Shown here: one piece after another, positions 19,473 through 28,102 of the stretch
Position numbering within the stretch: the first letter of the stretch is position 1
How the letters are laid out: the number at the start of each line of letters is the position of its first letter
NCBI RefSeq assembly: GCF_000621645.1
Contig: NZ_JHXR01000003.1
Coordinates: forward strand, 60,001-92,000
Source of the DNA: Vibrio cholerae ATCC 14035
GTDB lineage: Bacteria > Pseudomonadota > Gammaproteobacteria > Enterobacterales > Vibrionaceae
Length of the DNA stretch: 32,000 bases
Direction: 5' to 3'
Program-made: the position numbers and the translations under genes
The notes under the pieces: model-generated
The model's input: only the letters and a program-made list of their open reading frames with translations
Told to the model about the DNA's origin: nothing
The model's database searches: none

Positions 19473-19520
19473 AAACTTCGAGTCAGTTAAAAACTTATGC
19501 AGCTAATTGAGCGATGAGAA

Positions 19521-19549
19521 ATAAAAACAGGAGGCTTGATGCCTCCTGT
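19521..19549 (-). terminator. Rho-independent terminator of nadC
   Basis: On the - strand: ACAGGAGGC-atcaa-GCCTCCTGT followed by TTTTTAT, 36 bp after the nadC stop. Confidence 0.8.
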
Positions 19550-19584
19550 TAACTGTTTGAAATGTTTGAAGTTAGTCTCAAGTG

Positions 19585-20571
<987 letters not shown>

Positions 20572-20600
20572 TTAGGTGTAAGGTAGAATCGGGCGCAGGT

Positions 20601-20724
20601 TATCCCCTTGCTACTTGAAGCTGCAGCGGTGTTGGCTACGTTCGTTCACTCCAATCACAGAGTTTTCCTATGCTCACGGGGACTTACTTGCCGCCTAGCT
20701 GCAACTCCAAGTCGTTTGGGGATA
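20601..20724. repeat. ERIC/IRU-like intergenic imperfect palindrome (Vibrio variant), full length about 124 bp
   Basis: Termini TATCCCC...GGGGATA. The arms ACTTGAAGCTGCAGC and GCTGCAACTCCAAGT are complementary. The core, read on the - strand as AAGTAAGTCCCCGTGAGC, resembles the ERIC2 primer region AAGTAAGTGACTGGGGTGAGCG. Confidence 0.65.
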
Positions 20725-20770
20725 GGCTTGGCGTTACTCTCAACCGACAAGATATAAGCAAGGAGTAAGG

Positions 20771-21316
20771 ATGATTGATAGTCAAGGCTGGTACCGCCTC
20801 GCCAGAAAAGTACCTTCTCCACATTGTGATGTGCGCCATGATAGTGAGGATATTTCGCTACTTGTGGTGCACAACATCAGCTTGCCCCCCGGCCAGTTTG
20901 GCGGCCCGTACATTGAGCAGTTTTTTCTGGGCGAGCTGGATGCCAATCAACATTCGTTTTTTAAGGTAATCGCCAAGATGCGCGTGTCGGCGCACTGCGT
21001 GATCCGCCGAGATGGTGAGGTGGTGCAGTTTGTGCCGTTTCATCTGCGCGCGTGGCATGCGGGTGTTTCCTCATTTGCAGGCCGAGCCAAGTGCAATGAT
21101 TACTCGATTGGTATTGAGCTGGAGGGGAGTGATTTTGTGCCGTATACCGATGCGCAATATCAGGCGCTGACTGAGCTGACCCAAGCCTTGATGGTGCGCT
21201 ACCCGCACATCACGTTGCCGCGCATTACTGGACATCAATATATTGCGCCGCTGCGTAAAACCGACCCCGGTTTGGTGTTTGACTGGCGGCGTTTTCGGGC
21301 TGGGTTGAAGTCATAG
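20771..21316 (+). CDS. ampD: 1,6-anhydro-N-acetylmuramyl-L-alanine amidase
   Basis: 181 aa Amidase_2 protein (VVHNISLPPG, RAWHAG, IGIELEG, GHQYIAP..KTDPG). RBS AAGGAG at 20760-20765. Confidence 0.92.
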   Translation: MIDSQGWYRLARKVPSPHCDVRHDSEDISLLVVHNISLPPGQFGGPYIEQFFLGELDANQHSFFKVIAKMRVSAHCVIRRDGEVVQFVPFHLRAWHAGVSSFAGRAKCNDYSIGIELEGSDFVPYTDAQYQALTELTQALMVRYPHITLPRITGHQYIAPLRKTDPGLVFDWRRFRAGLKS

Positions 21317-21323
21317 GTTTTAG

Positions 21324-21532
21324 TTGGTGCGAAATACCCCTCCCTGCCTCCCCCTAGAAGAGGGAGGGGTAAGGGCGGTGCTTGGTTTTGAGTTCCCTCC
21401 CCTTTTAGGGGAGGGGTAGCGCGGGGTATTTAGCGCTCGCGGTGCTTAAGTTGCTGGGTTTTGCTTGGTTTGGTGTGAAATACCCCCTCCCGATCTCCCC
21501 CTATAAGGGGGAGGGGTATTAAGCGCTCACGG
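21324..21532. repeat. Cluster of three G/C-rich palindromic (REP-like) units between convergent ampD and fldB
   Basis: Hairpins: ACCCCTCCC...GGGAGGGGT (21336-21370), CCCTCCCC-tttta-GGGGAGGG (21395-21415) and CTCCCCC-tataa-GGGGGAG (21495-21513). Units 1 and 3 share TTGGTG(C/T)GAAATACCCC. Units 2 and 3 share GGGGTATT(T/A)AGCGCTC(G/A)CGG. Confidence 0.7.
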
Positions 21533-21538
21533 ATGGGC

Positions 21539-22057
21539 TTAAATCGCATCGTGATACTCGGTCAGCACTTGCTCGACCCAAGTCGCGATGCGTTCGTCGC
21601 TCAAGTCATATTGTGAATCTTCATCGAGCGCGAGGCCGACAAAATGGCTGCCATCTTCAGTCAAAGCCTTGGAGGCTTCAAAGTGGTAGCCTTGATTCGG
21701 CCAGTAGCCAAGCAGGTTAGCTCCGCTCTTCTTGATCTGGTCGTGCAGCAGCCCCATCGCATCCAGATACCATTCGCCATAGCCTTCTTGATCGCCTAAG
21801 CCGAACAACGCGACGTACTTGTTTTTTAGCGACACGCCACCGATGTGATCCCATACCGCACTCCAGTCCTCTTGGATTTCACCAAAATCCCATGTTGAAA
21901 TGCCCAGCAGTAAAAGATCGTAATCACTCATTAAAGTGAGAGGCGATTCTTTTACGTTGTGGATATCCACCAGTTCTTCACCCAGTATGGCGCGAATTTT
22001 CTCCGCGGTCATTTCGGTGTAACAGGTGCTTGAGCCATAAAATAGACCAATCTTCAT
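21539..22057 (-). CDS. fldB: Flavodoxin 2
   Basis: [22 protein letters not shown]...[11 protein letters not shown]...[14 protein letters not shown] is colinear with E. coli FldB, and the gene is divergent from xerD as in E. coli. The track start (22135) is trimmed to ATG 22057. Confidence 0.9.
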   Translation of the reverse strand: MKIGLFYGSSTCYTEMTAEKIRAILGEELVDIHNVKESPLTLMSDYDLLLLGISTWDFGEIQEDWSAVWDHIGGVSLKNKYVALFGLGDQEGYGEWYLDAMGLLHDQIKKSGANLLGYWPNQGYHFEASKALTEDGSHFVGLALDEDSQYDLSDERIATWVEQVLTEYHDAI

Positions 22058-22194
22058 CAATAATTTGTATCTGTCTGCGAAGGAATGGCAAATTCTAACC
22101 ATAAAAATGATCGGAATGCAGCCAATATCCTGCATCCTGCGTATTTTTATGCTATTAAACGCCCAGTAAAAAGAGAGCTAGAGCTGAGGATAGA

Positions 22195-23103
22195 GTGAGC
22201 GAAGCCTTATCTCCCGACCAAGGGTTGGTGGAACAATTTTTAGATACCATGTGGTTTGAGCGCGGTTTGGCAGAAAATACCGTGGCGTCTTATCGTAATG
22301 ACTTGAGTAAGCTATTAGAGTGGATGGCGCAGAACCAGTATCGGCTCGATTTTATTAGCTTTGCTGGTTTGCAGGAGTATCAAAGCTGGCTGTCGGAGCA
22401 AAATTACAAACCGACCTCGAAAGCGCGCATGTTGTCGGCGATTCGTCGCCTGTTTCAATATCTGCATCGGGAAAAGGTGCGCGCTGATGATCCGAGTGCG
22501 CTGTTGGTGAGCCCGAAACTGCCAACGCGCTTACCAAAAGATTTGAGCGAAGCGCAAGTTGAAGCTTTGCTGAGTGCGCCAGATCCGCAAAGTCCACTTG
22601 AGCTGCGTGATAAAGCCATGCTGGAATTGCTGTATGCTACGGGACTGCGTGTGACAGAGCTGGTCTCACTGACCATGGAAAACATGAGCTTGCGCCAAGG
22701 TGTGGTGCGAGTCATGGGTAAGGGTGGTAAAGAGCGTTTGGTGCCTATGGGTGAAAATGCCATTGAATGGATTGAAACTTTTTTGCAGCAGGGACGGTCT
22801 TTACTGCTAGGGGAGCAGACGTCGGATATCGTTTTCCCCAGTAGCCGCGGTCAGCAGATGACCCGGCAAACCTTCTGGCATCGCATTAAACACTATGCGG
22901 TTATTGCAGGAATTGATGTGGAAAAACTCTCGCCGCACGTATTGCGCCATGCGTTTGCCACTCACTTGCTCAATTATGGGGCCGATCTGCGCGTAGTGCA
23001 GATGTTGCTTGGGCATAGTGATTTATCGACCACACAAATTTATACTCATGTCGCCACTGAGCGGCTTAAACAACTCCACAACGAGCACCATCCAAGGGCT
23101 TGA
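22195..23103 (+). CDS. xerD: Site-specific tyrosine recombinase XerD (chromosome dimer resolution)
   Basis: GTG start after GAGGA. Catalytic signature ATGLRVTE...HVLRHAFATHLL...LLGHSDLSTTQIYTHV. The fldB-xerD-dsbC-recJ neighbourhood is the housekeeping one. Confidence 0.95.
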   Translation: MSEALSPDQGLVEQFLDTMWFERGLAENTVASYRNDLSKLLEWMAQNQYRLDFISFAGLQEYQSWLSEQNYKPTSKARMLSAIRRLFQYLHREKVRADDPSALLVSPKLPTRLPKDLSEAQVEALLSAPDPQSPLELRDKAMLELLYATGLRVTELVSLTMENMSLRQGVVRVMGKGGKERLVPMGENAIEWIETFLQQGRSLLLGEQTSDIVFPSSRGQQMTRQTFWHRIKHYAVIAGIDVEKLSPHVLRHAFATHLLNYGADLRVVQMLLGHSDLSTTQIYTHVATERLKQLHNEHHPRA

Positions 23104-23119
23104 AAATAAGGTGATTTTC

Positions 23120-23872
23120 ATGAGCGTACTGCGCCGACTAACATGGCTGGCATTTCCTTTACTGAGTATGGCATTCAACGTACAAGCGAACACTGCACCA
23201 GCACAATTGAATAAAGCCGAGCTTGAGCAGCGCTTTGCCAAACTCGGATTGCAAGTGGAAGAGATAAAAACCTCTGATATCAATGGCTTGCTTGAAGTGC
23301 AAACGTCTGGTGGTGTGTTGTTCTCTTCGCCTGATGGTGAGCACTTTATCGCGGGTACTCTGTATGCGCTGGATGGTAATGGCGGTTATGTTGATGTGCT
23401 GGCTAAACGCCAAGCGCCACTCAACGCCAAGAAAATTGCCGCATTGCAAGACAGCATGATTGAGTTTAAAGCGCCCAATGAGAAATACGCGATCACCGTA
23501 TTTACCGATATCACGTGTGGTTACTGTGTGCGTCTGCACAGCCAGATCAAAGAGTACAATGATCTCGGCATTACGGTGCGTTATCTCGCCTACCCGCGTC
23601 AGGGGCCGCAAGGTCAAGTCGCGGATCAAATGGCGGCCATCTGGTGTTCTAACGATCCGAAAGCGGCGATGCACGATGCGAAAGTGAATCGTAAAACCAT
23701 TACCGCCGATAAAGATATCGCCCAATGCCAAAAGACCATCGCGCAGCACTATATGCTGGGTCACGAGCTCGGCATTAGCGGTACTCCAGCGATTTTCTTA
23801 CCCAATGGTGAGATGGTTGGCGGCTATTTGCCTGCGCCGCAATTGCTGCAACGCCTGCAAGCCACACAATAG
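23120..23872 (+). CDS. dsbC: Thiol:disulfide interchange protein DsbC
   Basis: Signal peptide MSVLRRLTWLAFPLLSMAFNVQA and thioredoxin active site TCGYC. The track start (23009, inside xerD) is trimmed to ATG 23120, which follows AAGGTG. Confidence 0.92.
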   Translation: MSVLRRLTWLAFPLLSMAFNVQANTAPAQLNKAELEQRFAKLGLQVEEIKTSDINGLLEVQTSGGVLFSSPDGEHFIAGTLYALDGNGGYVDVLAKRQAPLNAKKIAALQDSMIEFKAPNEKYAITVFTDITCGYCVRLHSQIKEYNDLGITVRYLAYPRQGPQGQVADQMAAIWCSNDPKAAMHDAKVNRKTITADKDIAQCQKTIAQHYMLGHELGISGTPAIFLPNGEMVGGYLPAPQLLQRLQATQ

Positions 23873-23930
23873 TTTTTCATTTTCGACTAATTAAGGAAAC
23901 AGGCCAGAGGCAACTTTGGCCTGTCACAGC

Positions 23931-25670
23931 ATGATAGAAATCCAGCGACGCCCCGAACCTGATCTCTCACTTCTCCCCGACCACATCGACCCACTGTTAC
24001 GTCGGCTTTACCTGAGCCGTGGTGTAAGCAACGTGGCACAACTTGAAAAAGCCGCCAAAGCGCTGCACTCATTCAAGCAGTTACATGGTATTGATCGTGC
24101 GGTTGAGTTGCTGTTCGCAGCGATTGCTGAGCAAAAACGCATCATAGTCGTCGGTGATTTTGATGCCGATGGCGCAACCAGTTCGGCACTTTCCGTGCTC
24201 GCGCTGCGTATGCTCGGTAGTCGTAATGTCGATTACTTAGTGCCAAACCGTTTTGAAGATGGTTATGGTCTGAGCCCTGAAGTGGTTGATCAAGCGATTG
24301 AGCGTGGCGCAGAGATGATCATGACCGTGGATAACGGCGTTTCATCACTGGAAGGGGTGCGTTACGCCAAACAGAAAGGGCTGCAAGTGGTGGTCACCGA
24401 TCATCACTTACCGGGACAAGAACTCCCTGAAGTCGATGCCATGGTAAACCCGAACTTGCAGCAGTGTGCTTTTCCTTCTAAGGCGCTGGCTGGGGTGGGG
24501 GTTGCTTTCTATTTGATGATGGCACTTTGTGTGCACATGCGTCAGCAAGGTTGGTTTGCCGCGCAAGGCATGGTTGAACCGAAATTGATGGAACTGATCG
24601 ATTTAGTGGCACTCGGTACGGTCGCCGATGTGGTGCCACTGGATGACAACAATCGTATTTTGGTGCACCAAGGTTTGCAGCGTATTCGTGCGGGTTTAGC
24701 GCGCCCCGGTATTCAAGCTCTGATTGAAGTCGCCAAACGGGATGCGCGCCGTTTGGTCGCTGCTGATTTTGGCTTTGCGCTTGGACCACGGATTAACGCC
24801 GCAGGGCGTTTGGATGATATGTCGTTCGGCGTTGAACTTTTGCTGTGTAACAACATTCACGCTGCGCGGCGTATGGCGAGTGAGCTGGACGGCCTCAATC
24901 AAACCCGAAAAGAGATTGAAGAGGGGATGAAGCAAGAGGCGGTCGCGTTTTGTGAGCGTTTGCAACTGAGCGATGATCGCGAGCTGCCTTACGGTTTAGT
25001 GCTGTTTCAGCGCGATTGGCACCAAGGGGTGATCGGCATTCTTGCTTCGCGCATCAAAGAGAAATACCACCGACCCGTGATTGCGTTTGCTGAAGGTGGT
25101 GATGGCAAGCTAAAAGGTTCATGTCGCTCGGTTCCCGGTCTGCATATGCGTGATGCACTAGATAAAATTGATACGCAAAACCCGGGCATCATACTCAAAT
25201 TTGGTGGTCACGCGATGGCGGCTGGATTAACCATTGAAGAGCAAAATTTTGAACATTTTTGCCGATTGTTTGACCAGCTAGTGCGTGAAGAGCTGGATGA
25301 AGCAGCACTCCAAGGCATCATCCTCAGCGATGGCGAACTGAAACCGGAAGAGTTTTCGCTGCATACCGCCGAATTACTGCGTGCCGGTGGCCCGTGGGGG
25401 CAAGCGTTTCCTGAACCCCTATTTGATGGTGAATTTAAAGTGCTGCACCAAAAACTGGTTGGCGAAAAACACCTCAAACTGATGCTTGAGCCGCTGTATA
25501 AAGGCTTTCCAACCAATGTGATGATCGACGGGATTGCGTTTAATGTCGACCTACGCCGCTGGCCGGATGTCTCAGTCAAAACGGTACGTTTGGCGTACAA
25601 ACTCGACATCAACGAGTTTCGCGGTAATCAATCATTGCAACTCATGATTGATTATCTGGAAGCGAAATGA
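23931..25670 (+). CDS. recJ: Single-stranded-DNA-specific 5'-3' exonuclease RecJ
   Basis: DHH-family motifs DFDADG, TDHH and FGGHAMAAG. LLRRLYLSRGV matches the E. coli RecJ N-terminal region. ATG 23931 is preferred over TTG 23916. Confidence 0.95.
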   Translation: MIEIQRRPEPDLSLLPDHIDPLLRRLYLSRGVSNVAQLEKAAKALHSFKQLHGIDRAVELLFAAIAEQKRIIVVGDFDADGATSSALSVLALRMLGSRNVDYLVPNRFEDGYGLSPEVVDQAIERGAEMIMTVDNGVSSLEGVRYAKQKGLQVVVTDHHLPGQELPEVDAMVNPNLQQCAFPSKALAGVGVAFYLMMALCVHMRQQGWFAAQGMVEPKLMELIDLVALGTVADVVPLDDNNRILVHQGLQRIRAGLARPGIQALIEVAKRDARRLVAADFGFALGPRINAAGRLDDMSFGVELLLCNNIHAARRMASELDGLNQTRKEIEEGMKQEAVAFCERLQLSDDRELPYGLVLFQRDWHQGVIGILASRIKEKYHRPVIAFAEGGDGKLKGSCRSVPGLHMRDALDKIDTQNPGIILKFGGHAMAAGLTIEEQNFEHFCRLFDQLVREELDEAALQGIILSDGELKPEEFSLHTAELLRAGGPWGQAFPEPLFDGEFKVLHQKLVGEKHLKLMLEPLYKGFPTNVMIDGIAFNVDLRRWPDVSVKTVRLAYKLDINEFRGNQSLQLMIDYLEAK

Positions 25671-25678
25671 TTGAAAAC

Positions 25679-25709
25679 AACGCCCTCTCTCATAAAAAGA
25701 GGGCGTTTT
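25679..25709. terminator. Bidirectional terminator between convergent recJ and the nucleotidase gene
   Basis: AACGCCCTCT-ctcataaaa-AGAGGGCGTT, a 10-bp stem, with TTTT on the + side and GTTTTC on the - side. Confidence 0.8.
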
Positions 25710-25714
25710 CGTTA

Positions 25715-27619
25715 TTAAGGATTAAGTGCTTCCAACAAAATCAGTTCACGTTTTAGCGTGGTTTTTTCATTCTCTGGCGCACTTTCTAGGCGCGATAGGC
25801 GCTGCGTAATCGCCGCGTTTTTCGCTTCTGAGTTTTTCAAAATCAGGTCTTGGACATTAATTGATTCAATATTGGTGTAACGGCCATCAGCGCTGGCAGG
25901 GACATCCATTTTTCCACTATTAATCAGCTCTTTAACGATCTCCCGTTCCTTCTCAAATCCTTCTAAACCAGACAGTTTCCAGCGTTGCATCGGTTTACCT
26001 TCATACTTACCTTGCTTTTGCTCGGTGAGGTATCGAATGGTGAGGTTGCGAATCGTGCCTTGTTCTTCACCGTATTCGGCTTCAGTGTCAAACAGCACTG
26101 GGAATTGTTGTCCTTCCAGTACGCCGCCTTTCTTAGTGAGATGCCCCATACGGTAGCTATTCATGCCTAGACGAATTTCACTGTTGTCCTTTACTGGTGT
26201 GCCATCTGCAAATTTTAAGTCGGTAATACGTTCACCTGCTGGCTGAGTCAGATCGATGGTGTAAGTGACTCCCGCAAAAAAATCGTTAGTGGAGTATTTT
26301 GATGCACGACGTTCAGGGTTAAAGCTGTAAGTGACGTCACCGGGCTTGACGGAGTTGAAGTAGCCTGCCGACCATTCCATATATTGTTTCAACTCTTTGC
26401 CTGTCATTTGGTAAACCGTAATTTCACCGCCAGCATATTGGTAGTTGTAGGCGATGTCTTTGGCTTTGATCGAGCCAACGTCTAACTTGGCATTGTCGTT
26501 ATCAATTTGCAGCGCAATCACATTGGCTTTGGGCGCATAGAAAAAGCTGGCTTCTTGGAATAGAGCACTGATGCCTGTGTCTTGCACATGCACTTGTGGG
26601 ATGCCACGAATTTCGTTTTCTGGCACCAAGTTCACCCCACTCAGTTGGGCAATTTCGCGGTTCGCCATTTCACGTAAGCGTTTATGGTAAGGCTCGTAGA
26701 GCGACTCCATTCTGCTGTCAGAGGTAATGTCTTTGATTTTGTAGGTCAGACTATCTTTATTGATGAGAGTGAACTTGCCATTTTGCTCTTCAAATTGCAG
26801 GTCGATACGCGATAGCGCACGGCCGTATTTGTCAGGCTCGGTGATGATCACGCCATTTACCACGGCTTTATCAATCAGCGTATGCATGTGACCTGCTACA
26901 ATCGCATCGAGCTCAGGGTTGCCGTTAGCTATGTCAGTAACACCGGTATTGGTGATGTCGTTTTCATTCTCAATCCCCATGTGTGCCACTAATACAATCG
27001 CATCTACCTGCGGATCAATTTGTTTGATGATCTTTTGCACTTCGAGAGTTGGGTTAGTGAAGGTCATGCCTTCGAGCCGATTTGTCCCTTCAGCAAACAC
27101 TTGGGTCATTGGAGTATCCATACCGATCACCCCAATCTTGATGCCACCACGTTCAATAATGGTGTAACCGGGTAGGAAAGGATTACCATCAGGACGTTGG
27201 ATGTTACCCGCCAGAGAGCGCCCTTTAAATTGAGTTAAGGATCGATTAAGAACTTTGAGACCAAAGTCGAACTCATGATTACCGAGAACCCAAACGTCGT
27301 ACTTCATTTCGTTGAAGCCCAGCATCATCGGATCAATCGCTTCATCTTTGAAGGTTTCAACAAAGTTGCCCTGAATGGTGTCGCCCGCATCAACCAAAAT
27401 TACGTTAGGTTGCTCTTGGCGGATGGTTTTCACCTTGGTGGCAATTTGGCTCAAGCTGCCACTTAGATTGAGTTTATCCGCAGAGTAATCCCAAGGCATG
27501 AAATGGCCGTGCAGATCTGAAGTACCCAAAATGGTGACATTATGGATATCTCCATTGGCGGCCAAGGCCGGAAAAGCAAAGGAGAGCGCGATAGCGCTGG
27601 TTAAGATTGTTTTTTTCAT
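25715..27619 (-). CDS. Secreted/periplasmic bifunctional metallophosphatase/5'-nucleotidase-family protein (CpdB/UshA-like)
   Basis: Sec signal MKKTILTSAIALSFAFPALA/ANG. Calcineurin-like motifs GTSDLHG, DAGDTIQG, GNHEFD, VAHMG, GHMH, followed by a 5'-nucleotidase-type C-terminal substrate-binding region. The N-terminal pattern resembles E. coli CpdB more than UshA. Substrate is not inferable from sequence. Confidence 0.8.
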   Translation of the reverse strand: MKKTILTSAIALSFAFPALAANGDIHNVTILGTSDLHGHFMPWDYSADKLNLSGSLSQIATKVKTIRQEQPNVILVDAGDTIQGNFVETFKDEAIDPMMLGFNEMKYDVWVLGNHEFDFGLKVLNRSLTQFKGRSLAGNIQRPDGNPFLPGYTIIERGGIKIGVIGMDTPMTQVFAEGTNRLEGMTFTNPTLEVQKIIKQIDPQVDAIVLVAHMGIENENDITNTGVTDIANGNPELDAIVAGHMHTLIDKAVVNGVIITEPDKYGRALSRIDLQFEEQNGKFTLINKDSLTYKIKDITSDSRMESLYEPYHKRLREMANREIAQLSGVNLVPENEIRGIPQVHVQDTGISALFQEASFFYAPKANVIALQIDNDNAKLDVGSIKAKDIAYNYQYAGGEITVYQMTGKELKQYMEWSAGYFNSVKPGDVTYSFNPERRASKYSTNDFFAGVTYTIDLTQPAGERITDLKFADGTPVKDNSEIRLGMNSYRMGHLTKKGGVLEGQQFPVLFDTEAEYGEEQGTIRNLTIRYLTEQKQGKYEGKPMQRWKLSGLEGFEKEREIVKELINSGKMDVPASADGRYTNIESINVQDLILKNSEAKNAAITQRLSRLESAPENEKTTLKRELILLEALNP

Positions 27620-27911
27620 TGTCAGTCACGTTATCAGTTAAAACCCCATGCATACTAACTAATTGAATAATAACTAAATGTGATTGGTGTTGGTAAAACA
27701 ATGAAATGGCCTAATAGTTTGCATTGAGTTGTGAGATTTGAGCAACTTTATAGCGACGAAGATGATCCTATGTCCTCCTTCTCAACTGGATTTAGCGCCT
27801 CGCTAAAAAATCAGAAATATTTATCTTGCTAAAAAATCTTCATTTTTCTTCAAAATCAGCAGTGTACTGACACTTCTAGCCCATCAAGTCCCCATCTGTA
27901 TATGAGTTGTA

Positions 27912-27926
27912 ATTGGTCTGACCAAT
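27912..27926. promoter_or_regulatory. PdhR operator (distal box)
   Basis: ATTGGTCTGACCAAT is a perfect match to the FadR-subfamily PdhR palindrome ATTGGT-N3-ACCAAT. Its centre is 184 bp upstream of the pdhR ATG. Confidence 0.7.
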
Positions 27927-28049
27927 ATTTTTGCTGTTTTAATCAACTATTGTTGCTGGATTGTTAGAGCGTGAGCGGTTCTATGATTTAGGTCAATTTT
28001 CGGCTGGACACTGGCGTTTTAATTATGTTAATTTCTGCACCAACTTAAA

Positions 28050-28064
28050 ATTGGTATTACCAAT
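28050..28064. promoter_or_regulatory. PdhR operator (proximal box)
   Basis: AATTGGTATTACCAATT (28049-28065) is a 17-bp perfect palindrome, nearly the E. coli pdhR-promoter box AATTGGTAAGACCAATT. Its centre is 46 bp upstream of the pdhR ATG. Confidence 0.78.
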
Positions 28065-28102
28065 TGCCAGCAAGAAGAATAAGAGTAGAAGAACAATAAA
28101 TT

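Noticed and set aside
23899-23924. Hairpin ACAGGCC-N12-GGCCTGT between dsbC and recJ as a terminator
   Set aside because: It has a 7-bp stem with a large 12-nt loop and no downstream T-run, and it abuts the recJ start. At most it is a weak attenuator or mRNA structure, so I do not call it a terminator.
27764-27780. Strong SD-like AAGGAGG on the minus strand (complement of 27774-27780), suggesting a hidden small gene
   Set aside because: No ATG, GTG or TTG lies within the 4-12 nt window downstream. The nearest in-frame option is ATC, and the resulting roughly 30-aa peptide has no features. It is treated as chance.
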